From positions 859,153-923,152 of the forward strand of contig BDGG01000001.1 in the NCBI GenBank assembly GCA_001949185.1: a DNA stretch of 64,000 nt. Direction: 5' to 3'. This stretch comes from Ramazzottius varieornatus. Lineage: Eukaryota; Animalia; Tardigrada. The translations under genes were made by a program, and so were the position numbers. Shown in pieces: positions 25,314-38,032 of this stretch (position 1 is its first letter; every line of letters begins with the position of its first letter). The notes under the pieces are model-generated. The model worked only from the letters and a program-made list of their open reading frames with translations. It made no database searches and had not been told where the DNA came from.

Positions 25314-25689
25314 ATTAACCATCAATCCGGCTGAACCGGATCATCAGAAATCAATGAAATTCAAACAGACAGCCGAAAAAAATAGCTCGATCAATCTAAA
25401 TCCAGGCAATCAATCGAAGAGAACACTCAACGCCGACTTCATCAATCGAACAATCAAATCTTTTGATTGATTGATTGGCTAGATCAAACTGCAGATGTGA
25501 TGCGTACACATCAGCAGTTTAGCACATATTGCTACTAACACCCAGGATCCCCTGGTGTGGTGCACTCCGAATCTACGGTTTTTTTTTCTGGGAAGTAAGA
25601 ACGGGTTACAGAATTTTTTTCTATCTTGAAACGCCATCGTGCAGCTGGACATGGCAGAATGTGAGCCTTGACGACAACGTAGTCGAATG

Positions 25690-26630
25690 TGTCTCCACCG
25701 GCCCCGTACCTCGGGCCCTAACGACATTTTCCCCTACCATATTCTGTCCTCCAACCGGCAAACCTGACAGCCCCGGACCCAAAGAAATGTTGCTAGAAAA
25801 ATGCAAGCTAGACCCAGATATCGCTTTCCCTCAACACGCATCACGGATGCACTCCCTTGGACAGCAGGCCAAACTCAGCACCATGTGAACCGCGCGGCTA
25901 AACTCATGGTCGTTCAGGTACCGTTCAGTGAGGCAATATCTCTGGACATGTCTCCAGGCGGCTTGCGAGAAGTGAACGTAACAGCCTGAAAGATTACGGA
26001 CATCAAGATATCCGGCATTGGCATCTTTACCTGTCGTTGCTAACGTGCCGTCCGGGTTAGGTTATGGGCGGACGAAGATAACCGGCTACTCCGAGCGTTT
26101 TGTGAAGTTCTGTGAGGACCACAATGCGATGGAAAAGCGCGAATGGAAATTATACTGGTAGATTCACCACTTGTGTGTTTGGCGCTGCACGCACAGATTC
26201 GGTCGGTGCAACAGTGTGCTGTGCAAAATCATCCAGCAGGCGGCGCATCGCTTCACTTTCGCGGCCAGTTCCAAGGATCTTTACTGTGGCAAATCCGAAC
26301 GCCTAAAATCCATCGCAAACTTATCGCTTCAATAAGGGAAGGCAGTCGTAAATAGAACAATGACAAATTTCGATTGTACTGTAATTGACTATTCCATACG
26401 TTTTAGGGAAGACTGGTTACCGGAGACGACCTTATTGGCGTTCGTGATTGTTATTAGGAGTGGAAGTTCTTCGGGGCCGTGGTTGATTGGGACTAAAGTT
26501 CTTCGTGAATAAGGACGTCTCTTAGTGGCAGGTGTTGTTCGGGTTCGAAGTAGTTAGGGAAAAGAATTCTTCGGGTCCGAGGTTCTTCGGAGCCACGTTT
26601 AGGATGAGTTGTTGTTAGGGTATAACGTAC
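25690..26630. mobile_element. Possible decayed foldback/Mutator-like element
   Basis: A roughly 16-bp periodic TTCTTCGGG/TTAGGG array at 26400-26630 faces weakly complementary CCCTAAC/CCC-rich units at 25690-25860; an internal broken frame contains WRC..RC. Confidence 0.3.
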
Positions 26631-29060
26631 TCCACCTTCTCCACCTGGCTGAGGACCCAGTCACATCCAGTACCCAGCCACATCCTTGCCGGTACCTATG
26701 TTGATGGACCCAACGTAACATCTCCAGGAAGCGGTCCTTTTCACCTACAAGATCAGCCTGGAATGATGAGGAGAACAATAACTCGACACTGCTTAACTTC
26801 TGGCAAGGCGCATGTCTATAAGAATTCATTCCGTCAGACTGCCGCAGTTGGTTCGATCCGCCGTCCGAAAAGCGTTTGCATGGACCTACTGTAGAGTTTT
26901 TGTCCACATTTACATTGTGCAAACAGGGTCGAGATCTGGCACTTACCGGAATACAACAGCAATCGCCATCATCTTTGTTTGTTCGGGATAGCCCACCGAT
27001 AAATCCTGCTAACGAACTCTGTTTTCGTGTAAAAGTTGGTCATGGACGAATTTGGAAAATTTGCATCGATCATTTTCCCCATTCGTGGAATGAACTTTGC
27101 TCCAGTCAGGTGCTGACTATCAATCAAACTTATAGATTTCTGAAGCGGACTGCAAGTTTGCAACTACACAGGTGCGGATGTTGATCTAAACTTTAATCCA
27201 GCATCCGCGACCGTGATTAGAAACAGACCACTACAAAAAGTCCAGTTCTGTACAACTGAGAGTTTCGCCTTTGCGAACTGGAGCTTATTTCTGTGCTATA
27301 ACCGGTCAAGTCGAGTTATGCAGCCGTCTCTTTTAAGCAGAAACAAGCAACTGCGCCACTTCCGGAGTAAACCCAGCGCGGTTTCCATTCTGGTAAGTTG
27401 TCACACACTGCGACGCCTGGCCGAAAGGAAGCAAAACTTCGAAAATTTCGGTAACAAAGTGTTTTATGCTTTCAGACTCCTTTGACAGCGCTGGGACAAT
27501 CAGGTTGAAAGATGGTGGCTGCTGTTGCTGTCATTGCGGTTGTGACCACTGCAGGAGCTGCGTCTCCCGCCGTCGGCGCGGCAGCATCTACTGTACCTAC
27601 GTTGCTGGCACATACGGAGCCACCGCTGCGCCAGCAATGGTCGCTGCTGCAAATAATCCACTTGCGCTGCATGGGCCTTCTCCTGCTCGGTGGGGTTTGA
27701 TCCTCGAGGATGAAAATCGCCGAGGTTTGCCGCATGTTGTGAAGGAGAATATCTGGCATGAAAAGTTCGGCATTGACTATGATCAACTACCATCCAGCCA
27801 ACCAGCAGCCCATGCTGCCAAGATGTGAGCAGCGCAGACGCGCATTATCGAGAAACGAGTGCAACTTCGGTGCCAGCGCTCTTGTACTTCTGGATAGTAA
27901 CTGGTTTAGTCCGAACTTATGTGTGGCTAGATTATTTTTTATTGTTTTTGGGTGCACATATTTACTTTTAGCAATCATACAGCCTGCCCCACGCTTGCAA
28001 CTTAATAAGCTCCGTTTCAAGAGTACCGTACTTTTGAATTTCGTCTCTCTAAGTTCAGAGAAGATCCCAGACAAGCTGGAACCTTCTCTGCGACTATATT
28101 TGATCAATCAGAGCTATCGGATGGCCGTTGGAGAAAGTTGGGATCAGCTCTTGGTCATCCCGCTATCGGGGAAGATCAGCTGATAAGATCTCTGCTTCCC
28201 GTCAGTATGACCCCGGCACGAGCTCGTACGCGTAAACTAAGCCCGGGTACAAGTGTGCGGCTGTTCCTTCAATCAACGGGTATTGTACATCAAAACGTGA
28301 AATTTTTTGCGATCAGACAATCAGTGTACGTCAGTACAACGGTAACGACGTTTCAACCATTTTGGCCATTGCTGCAGTTACGAATTTTTGAATCAAGGTA
28401 GGGGGGGGCAATCACTTGAGGGAGTCAGTCTAGTTTTTGACATTTTATTTTTTTGATTTTCGGGTTCCGTCGAGCAGATAATATTTTGTAAGAGAGCATA
28501 ACGTTCAGTCTATTGAGATCCCTCGGACGAACGATAGAAAGTCGCAAGTGGGAACTTTATCTCTGATGAATTTGTGCGTCGACAGAGAATTCACCTCCGT
28601 AAGATCCCACGAGCTGCTTGATGTCATTCAAGAGCGGCGGATAGCAACCTATGTCAAGTAACTTCGTGCAGTTCCGGCTATCGTCCAAACGGCAGCGGCC
28701 CGCTTCCACAAAGACTAATGTTTCTGCATGGAATATTCCAGCAAGAAAATATGGAGCTGAGAGCCATCAGGGTTCTTGGTTCAGAACGTACCACTTCCGC
28801 TGCCGCCGTCTACAGGCAGTCGAATGCATGGGGAGTCTTGTGGTAGCGTCACACACCCAATCAGTGTCCGAACCCGAGACATGACGTCACCGGCCTGCGC
28901 TGTTTTGACGCCAGCTGTTCACGGTACAAACTAAAAAGCGAAAGACCTCTGCGATATTTTTCTTTTTTTCCAGCTGATTATCCCTCACAGCATTATCCCC
29001 GGACCGTCACTTAGGACCTTATTTACAGAGTACTGGGTGAATGTTGTCAAGCTTTCCAGG

Positions 29061-31353
29061 ATGCCACCAAAGACGAACAGCGGGGCCAGCAAGAAGACCG
29101 TCGAGAAGCAGAAGACCAAAGTCATCGAGGTAAATTCCCATGTCCCATTTTTTTCAGTTTTATTATTTCAATGGTAGACAACGTCTAGTCCTGTATAAAT
29201 GATCTATTTGTAGGATAAAACATTCGGCTTGAAGAACAAGAAAGGAGCCAAGACGCAGCAGTTTATCCAACAAGTTGTCAAGAATGTTCAAGCGAAGGGT
29301 GCGCCACCTCGACGAGTAAGTCCATACTCATCCATCCACTTGATCTGTCTGTTAAGGGATGATCCTTCACAGGATCCTCTAGCTCCAGAAACAGCCCAAG
29401 ACAAGAAAGCTAAGGAAAAGGCCAAGGAAGAAGAGCTGAAAGAACTTTTCAAACCCGTTATCCAAAGTCAGAAAGTTGCGAAGGGTACGTAGACCAATCA
29501 AGCCGATCAGTCCATATGGAGAATTTCGGATACGTGGCGCATTGGCGTTACCGTTCAGTAAACTTTGTCCGGGTCTTTCGGTTGCGTTTTTCGTAGTTCG
29601 CCAGGGAAATCCAGTGTGGTTGTTAACGGATCATATCAGTTCGGCGCCTCTAATATCAAAAGGCATTTTTGTTGCAGATGTCGATCCCAAATCGGTTTTG
29701 TGCGCTTTCTACAAAGCTGGAACATGCGGGAAGGGTGATAAGTGCAAGTTTTCCCACGATTTGAACATTGAGCGGAAGACGGAGAAGAGAAATCTGTACA
29801 ACGGTGAGGCTGTCCGTTCCGCCAGTGTTGCATTGTAGCCTGAAGTGGACCGGAAGCGAGTCAGTACTGTCTCACTTTTCAGATGATCGGGCGAAGGAGG
29901 AGGACAAAATGGAAAACTGGGACGACGCGACGCTTCAAGACGTCGTCAACAAGAAACATTCGGAAGGCGAAGCTCTCAAGCCCAAAACTGATATCGTAAG
30001 AGAAGATCACCGAGAAAATGTTGGGCTGCTTTTCTATCAAAGTCTGTACATCGTATTTTATGTCTACAGGTATGCAAACACTTCCTAGCTGCCATCGAAG
30101 ATAACAAGTACGGATGGTTCTGGGAGTGTCCGAACGGCGGTGAGAAATGCATGTACAAGTAAGAATGGAAACCGTTTCCTTCCCTTTTGGGGTGAAAAGT
30201 GAACAGAAGTATTCTGGCCAGAAGTGAAAATTAATCTCGCTCGTTCCGTAGACACGCTTTACCCCCAGGATTTGTCTTGAAGAAGGACAAGAAGCGCATG
30301 GAAGAAATGGAAGAGAAAATTTCGCTGGAAGACCTTATCGAGAAAGAGGTGAAAAAATATGCTGTGAATATTTTGGACCTATGACAAAATGAAGTTTCAC
30401 GATTGCTTGGCTGGTATTTTTGGGTGACCTTTACAGAGAGCTGCATTGGGTGGAAACTTGACAAAGGTGACATTGGAGACGTTTCGCGCTTGGAAGATAA
30501 AGAAGAGGAAGGAGCGGCTCGAGAAGCTTGAATCGGACAAGAAGAAAAAGGAGAATGAGTATCAGGCTGGTCGTCTCAACGGGGTGAGTCAGCCCCACCC
30601 CATCCACACACCTTAGTCCATCCATTAAGAAACCATAAGAAATGATCATTGTATTATTTTGTAGCTGTCGGGGAGGGACATGTTCACATTCAACCCGGAA
30701 ATGGCGGTGCAAGATGACGACGAAGCGACCGATGATATCGTTTACAAGGCCGAATCAGACGTAAGACAAAATTGTATCAATTTGTGTATCCGGATCCCGC
30801 TTTTCCACAATTTTTTCGACTAACCTCTAAATGCCTGCGAGTTTTGAACTCTTCGGATATTTGAGAGGCAGACTGACAGACGAGGCGCCCCAGGATTGCT
30901 CTAGATGGCGCACGTTTCCAGCCAGCATTATGGACAACGTGCGCCACTTGGGGTAACGATCTCGTCCGTTTTCCTTCGCCGGCTTCCCGTTTTCGTGCGC
31001 ATTTTCTTTATTGGATAATTTCCTGTGGAAATGTATATTGTTTTCCAAACTCTTGAATCATTCTTCGGGTTGTTTTACAGGACGAACAAGAAAATGTGAC
31101 GGCAAGGGCGATCGACGAGTCGCTCTTCATCGAGGAAGAAGTGGACACGACGGGGACGATCTCGAACTCCCGAGATCGTCACGGTGCCACGTCTCACCTT
31201 CCTGTTACGGAAGGCGGTGATGCGCCAGGAACGTCGGGGGGTGTCCTTGTGGACGATGTGCCAGTAGACGCGGACCTGTTTGATGAAGACGATTGCGATG
31301 AAGAAGAAAGCGGCCAAGGAGACGACGATGCTTCCGATGATCCAAGTCAGTAA
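29061..31353 (+). CDS. ZC3H15: Zinc finger CCCH protein 15 (DFRP1/Tma46)
   Basis: [85 protein letters not shown] and an acidic tail; about 10 exons in frame. Confidence 0.97.
30879..30966. repeat. Dispersed palindromic mini-repeat, copy 2 (in a ZC3H15 intron)
   Basis: TGGCGCACGTTTCCA / TGGACAACGTGCGCCACTTGGGGTAACGAT. Confidence 0.7.
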
Positions 31354-31801
31354 AGGCAGTCCAGATGAGAAATTTTTAGTGGAATGATACAGCGTTGTGT
31401 TTTCTTGCGAGCCTTGGGGGAAATGGGAAAGTGTTGAGTGATTGATTTTAGCAGTGGCGTTTTCAGAGAAAATTTGTTTGGCTTCGAAAGCTGTATTCGG
31501 GATTTGGGAAAAAGTTGATGTCTTGTTCCAACAGCAACATTTTTGTACTGTAACAACTCAGCTCAACAATGCTTTAACAAGCTGCGGGAAAGAGTTTGGG
31601 CAACAGAAAGCTAATAAAAAGAAAAACGCGCTATATTGCTGTAATGATTGTATTGTTGTGCGACACCGCAAAAAAAACCAAGAAAATTGGTACTAACAAC
31701 TGGAAAACATTGCCACCGATATCGATTTTTCTAGACAATGGTACTGTTAGAAAAATTTAATAATCCAAGTTTACCTCCAGTAAAGTTGTACTTGAGCTTG
31801 A

Positions 31802-33641
31802 TCATTCGAAAATGCGCAGCAAGAGCTCGATTCCTGCGCGACACGTTGGTTGTTGCTTTGGAACAGCTTCTGGGCGCAGTCTTGACAGGTCTGCTTATGT
31901 CCGCAAGGATGAAAAGCTGTATTGGAAGGCAGTCCCAAACATACCACACAGTCTATTCCTCGCTGATCTGAAAGCAACAAAATAATGTTTCTGAAGACTA
32001 GAAACATAGAGCAAAAGCTGAGTTCTTACCAGGCGGAAGTGAGATCGCGTTCAGTCTTTCGATTACGGTCTTCATTTCTGCTGCTACGTCCTTACGTTTA
32101 TTTTTCTTGGACTTTCCCTTCGCAGTGGTCTTGGTCATGGCGGACTGGAGAGAAGTCACCTCAACGTCTAACAAAAGCCTTGCTGCGCGAATATCGTTCT
32201 TCAGGCCGGTCAGCTGATGCCCGAGTTTGTCTTCGCTGAGTCGAACAACGCACCCCGATACTTCGAACTGTTTTCAAGCTCTCGCAGTTGGGTTTCGAGA
32301 AAGCATCTCGGGCTAGTGGCGAGGGATGTTTAAAGACCTCTCGTGCCACTTCGAGGCTGTCTCGCCCTGCGCGATACATCTTCGAGTCAGCGGTGACAAC
32401 GAAGTACTTGGCACTTTCGTGCTCGCTACACATGACATCGAAGACACCAGCAAGCTTTCGGAGTTTCTCGAGCTCCTGTTGATGCTTCTTCCCACCGTAC
32501 TCGGTGATCAGGTCTACCTGCACCGCCACCAGCTCAACTGTACAGAACAACGGGTGCGGAAAAGCTCTGTTCAGAGCGTTCTCCACTTCCTGTAAGAAAG
32601 AGACCAACACAATCGAAAAGAGACTTGGTTGAGTGTCAATCGTCCTATCATACCTGAATAGTCCAAGGGTTTTTGGGGTTCGCAATCGACCGCTCTTTGA
32701 TCAATTTTGACACTATCTTGTCCAACGGATCGACAAGCTTGCATCGGCACCAAGTTTCGGGCTCCGGCAGGGAATAATCGACATCCCAGAAAGCCACGAA
32801 GCGCGCGCTTTTGTCGCGACAGCTGAAGTAGCGTTTCCCGTTGACGGTGCCATCCGAGTCGCCTCTCCCAGCGAACTTTCCCCTCAATTCCACTCCTAGC
32901 CATGTGTCGTCCTTTTCGCGATCGGAGTTGTTGGCCCAGAACGCGGTGCTTTCCAGCTTGAAGATGGGAGCCTGGTAACGAAGTATGCCGTACTGAACTG
33001 GTTGCTCGTACTCTTCGGCACCTTCCATGCAATCGCGGCCATCCCGAATATTTGGATGCAGTCGAACGGTGTCACCTAGGACAAGTATTTCATGATAAGT
33101 ACCCCGAGTGACCCATGAAGATTATTTACCCACCTATATTTATGTCGAAGAGTAAGGCAGAGTAGATTTTGTAGGATAATCCTTGCGCTCGAAGCGTTTT
33201 GCATTCGACAGCATTCCAGTTTTCAACATCGGTGGCGGAAAGAGGTCCGTACAGAGCCGTTGAAGTGAGGCATTTTTTGATAACCAACAAAATGACTGAA
33301 TCTTTGCATTTGGGGTCGTTGAGAGCGTCGCCCAGGCGAAGTAGCGCAGCGCAATCGTCCAAGTCGATTTCAGCCACATTTCTTCTCTTCCGGAGGAAGG
33401 CCTTCGTTTCGTCATCCATTGGCAAATGCTGGTAAATTTCTCCAGCATCAGGGTAGTTGCTACCCTTTTCCAGGTGGACAAGAACGCGCGAAGGAAGCAG
33501 GTACATGTAGTGGTCAAGTTTCGGAGGTGGAAAGCCATCCGGAAGTGGACGGAGTAACTGGTCCGCAATGGCTGGAGACGACGGTTCCACGACAAGACCG
33601 CTCTTCTTCTCGACCCATTCCTTAAGTATCACTTTTTCCAT
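31802..33641 (-). pseudogene. Chimeric CAP-Gly + FMR1-type KH1-KH2 + C3HC4 RING gene, with two frameshifts
   Basis: Exons 33641-33134, 33075-32654, 32589-32030 and 31967-31802. CAP-Gly: IGDTV..[102 protein letters not shown]..PTCR. Frameshifts near 32272 and 31850. Confidence 0.8.
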
Positions 33642-34060
33642 GCCGAATACTGCGAGAAAGCTTCACGTAGTTGATCCGTCGAGCTGCAAACGAGGAGGCG
33701 AGGACCAGAAGGCGGAAAGTCAGGCGGAAAGTCAGCCAGAAGTCGAAGAAGGACCAACGTCCGAACCGGAAAGTTCAGCGGGAAAGTTTCAATCAACAAT
33801 CAAACAACTTGACTGCGACACACCTTTTCAAGTAACAGCATACAGCCTGCCTGCATCTGATACGCTAACGATTATGGTTAACCATATTGTGATTTAGCGC
33901 CCCACTATATTAATTAAATTTTTGTTCTGATTTTTGAGCTTCTCTGACTCTGAGACCTCTGACTTTCTCTCCCCGGAAAGTCCCGTCTCTAGAGCTTAAG
34001 CATCGTCAGGCGCTTTCCGTTCAAGCCGAGTGAAATTCAGAGAAGATCCAAGGTGGCATC

Positions 34061-34528
34061 ATGTCTTACCAGATGTATCGGATCACGACGCTTGGGAGTA
34101 CATTACAAGAAAGTCTGGATGATCTAATTCAGGTTTGTGCTCGGCTGCTCTAGTGTTCAGAAATGTCGTTTACAATGGCTGGTGTTTCTTTGCAGTCTAA
34201 CCAAATCAGTCCAAACGTGGCGTTCAAAGTGATGGCTCAGTTTGACAAGGTAGTGAATACGGCGCTGGAACAGCGAGTGAAGAGTCGACTAAACTTCAAG
34301 GTTGGATAGTGAGCCATATTATAGCGGGTCGTTCGACTGATTCTTGATTGATTCTTATTTTAGGCTGAGCATTTGGAATCCTACAGGTTCTGCGACAACG
34401 TGTGGACCTTCATCCTGAAGAACGTCGAGTTCAAGGATAGCCAGGGTCATGGACATTCTGAACCTGTAAAAGTCAGCAAGGTGAAGATTGTGGCCTGTGA
34501 CGGAAAGAGCGCTGGGAAGGAAGCGTAA
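34061..34528 (+). CDS. GTF2A2: Transcription initiation factor IIA gamma chain
   Basis: Three exons: [48 protein letters not shown]. Confidence 0.97.
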
Positions 34529-35240
34529 AAGGTTCTGTGATATTTTATCTGGACAGCACAGAAGGATCTAGACGATGCATATATGCAACTGGTTACAGCG
34601 TCTTCTTTGCCTCAGTTGGCTTTCTCATCGCGAAATAGCGAAGGCTTAATGCGTGTAAAGATGATTTTCGTACCTTTTCGATATCGTTTCTCTACTCGTA
34701 CAGACTACCGCAAATTTCTGAAGAAGCTCTGGAGAGACGTTTTCCGTTTCAGCATCCTGCTTTGCTGTGCTGCATCTCTTTCTGTTTTTGCACATTCTGT
34801 CGTTTATATCTTACCTTGGCTCCAATTTGTAGAAAGTCTTGAGACATCTCTCGTCTTCATTACGAGAACAACCCGAAACTTTACGGAAATAAAGTTTAAA
34901 ATAGCGAGAAAGTCCGGTGTTCGGCCGCCCATCTGACCATGGCATGGTTAGGTACGTACATCCAGGGTCCAGCCCGTTCGCTAAATCCAGTCAATGGCCC
35001 ATCCCCATAGTCGAATGGGCGCGCCAGACAGCGCGATAATCCTAACCAACAAAGGAATCAAGCAACGCCAACCACGTTGGGGTATTTCTCAATAATTCCT
35101 CACAGGATAGGACCTCTCCATTCATCGATGATCGTTATTCCTCTGTCTTCTCTTCGACGAGAATGTGATTCGTCTCTTGAAATTCAGAACTGTTGTACTG
35201 TCAGGATGTGGGTTTTGTAGGTTGATAAAGGCAGAGGAGA

Positions 35241-37645
35241 ATGAAAAGGAGCTTTCTGGAGGAACGCAAGCCCGTCAAGCAAATGGCCAGTCCGGACAAG
35301 CTGACAAGTCGAGCCAACAGGCAACCTCACCAAGACGACGCTACCGCCGAAGAGATCAGCTCCAGCTTCGATATCGTGGCTCGCTGGAAAATAGTATCTA
35401 CTCCTGAGAAAGAAAATTCGTCGTTGAGCGCCAACGGGATGGAAGCCTTCAGCTCGTACAATCCCGATGTTGAAAAACGTCGACCGGAAGTCCACGTCGA
35501 AATACTCGTTCATCCGTCCAGGTTTGGCTTACCCCTTCCTGTACTATGTGAATCTACTTGCGACCGTCTGAGTAATGCTTTGTTACCTTGTAGTTCCAAC
35601 TCGGAGTTCCAGATCGGATCGCTTGTCAGAAAAGCCATCCGCAAGACCTTCAAGCAGCTGCAGCAACGTTCGCACGAATTTCCCTTCAACCACTCTGCCA
35701 AGATGGTCTCTCTTCCAGAACTTTCCCGTGCTTTGACTTCCCCTGGCTCTGGACTTGATCGACAAGTTCAAGAGGTAGCTTTCGAGAGCGGCGATGAGGA
35801 GGGCGTTGCTGTAAGTCAGTTTGTCTCCCATTGTTTGCCTGCGTACGCTGCTCGACGTGTTTTCCGGTGCGAAAGTATGCAGGTTGGTGAAGTCTGTAAA
35901 ATGATCTTCTATTCATCGCAGTTGTCGTCCTTCGACGATGTTAAATGGCAGTTGTACGTCTACAAACTCCAGAACGATCCAGCTACGGAAGACGACATGG
36001 GACATGAGACACCAGCTGCCACCCATCGCATTTTGCCTTCGGAAGAGCACCGAGGCTTGTGGGAAAGTCTCGTGTACGACAGTGATGTGAAGCAGAAGTT
36101 ACTGAATTACTCTGTGGAGACCGTACTCTTCTCTAAACTGAATGTCGACGACGATCTTGTCAGCTGGAATAAGGTCATACTTCTTCACGGTAAGTACTCC
36201 ACGAAGAAACTTCCGTCACATTTTTGTTGGTGTTGGGTTAGGACGAATATTTTCTAGGGCCTCCCGGAACTGGGAAGACTTCTCTCTGCAAAGCGCTGGC
36301 GCAGAAGCTGTCCATCAGACTAGTGGAGCATTACTCGTCAGTTTACTTGATGGAGGTCAACAGCCACAGTCTTTTCAGCCGCTGGTTTTCCGAGGTGGGG
36401 TTTCATAGTCAGTATTTTTGCTAAGCGTTGTTTTTCGGGTTTCTACTTCCGGCGGAAGTCTTCTGCTCTTACAAAAGCCTTCCATGCGCATTTATCGTTG
36501 CAGAGTGGAAAGCTAGTCATGAAGATGTTTCAAAGCATGGAGGAAGTCGTGAAGCAAAACTCCTCGTTGGTCATTCTGCTCATCGACGAAGTGGAAAGTC
36601 TGACTAGAGCTCGGCAAGCCTCCATTTCCGGCAACGAACCATCGGACGCTCTTCGCGCTGTTAATGCTCTCCTAACCCAGATCGATAAAATCAAACGGTA
36701 AAATGGCAAACCCTGAAACCAGTCGTCCGGTCCTCGTACTTTATTTTGAAATGATACCCTTAAACTGTCATTTGTTTATCATTGCAGATATCCGAACGTT
36801 CTGATTTTGACAACGTCGAACCTATCTCAAGCCATCGATCTGGCCTTCGTCGATCGTGCTGACATCAAACAGTACATCGGGAACCCTTCTCAAGCAGCCA
36901 GAGAAGCCATCTTGCTGTCAAGTATTTCCGAGCTGATCAAGCGAGGAGTGCTAGGTTCCGATCCTTCGTTGCTTCTCCCGGAAAGCAGCGACTCGAGAAG
37001 TCTGCTGACTGCAGCTGCCAAGTAAGTGATTCTACACCTCATACTCTGGTTTTTTGTCCCTATTCTGGCAACATTTCTTGGCACTGTTTTCTCGCAGAGC
37101 TACTCATGAATTTTCTGGACGAGCACTGCGCAAACTACCGTTCCTAACCAAAGCTCTCAAGTTTCCCGGGGTAAAGTTTTTGATATTATAGAGATTAAGT
37201 CGCCACTCCCGTTCACTTTGCAACTGTAGCTACGGCCCTGCTCCGCCCCTTTCGGGACGTGTAACTACATTTTGCTTTCCGGAGCTCGCCTTATTTTCGA
37301 AAGATAGCGTAATCGGAGTTACGGTTGGCTAACATTGGGAAGCATGGTGGCTGCCCAACTATTCAAAGTTCTGATCAGCTGCTGCGCCTATGAGTGACGT
37401 TGCAACTCATCTCAGCTACGGTGGGACTTTCATCTGGCGGTGGCAACTTAATGTCTGTATTTTCTGTGAAAATCTTCCGCTCCAAAGAACAATTTACCGT
37501 GTATCTGTTCTGGCTCACTTATTTTCTTCAGAATATTGGTATTCCGGTGACCGACTTCCTGCGAGGAATGGTGACTATGGCCAGAGAACAACGCTCGGAT
37601 GCCGAAAGTCTGAAGAGCTCTAAGTCCCCTTCCAATGGTTCCTGA
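35241..37645 (+). CDS. TRIP13: Pachytene checkpoint protein 2 / TRIP13 AAA+ ATPase
   Basis: [101 protein letters not shown] and SGRALRKLP; exons in frame. Confidence 0.97.
37199..37447. mobile_element. TTAA-flanked MITE in the last TRIP13 intron (Kolobok/piggyBac-type target)
   Basis: TTAA at 37195-37198 and 37448-37451; imperfect TIR GTCGCCAC.. / ..GTGGCAAC, with an inner ACTGTAGCT / AGCTACGGT match. Confidence 0.5.
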
Positions 37646-38032
37646 AAAGCTAGAAATCCAACAGAAGTTGTTTTTTTTCTTTCCCTCATTTGGTTCAGCT
37701 TACAGAATGTGTGCGTCCTTCTCTTGTATTTCCTGTGATTTTAGTTTTATCCAGTCTTGTGCCGTTGCTATCGGTACGGGATTCATAGTCAAGTTTTACT
37801 TGTGGGTTCTCGATGAAACAGAGGAGCAGTAAATCTGTGAAAACCTGGAAAACGTGAATTACGAATTGTCGGCTCTCCTTGAATGTCTAAAAAGGGTTGA
37901 AAAGTACAATCCTGAAACACAAAAGCGTAATCGTCTCCAACACGAGCAGTTTAAACAAGAAAAAAGAATGGATATCTTAAAATAGAGCCCTGAGGGAAGT
38001 TAAATTTGCTCTGGGAGATATCTTTCGAAAGG

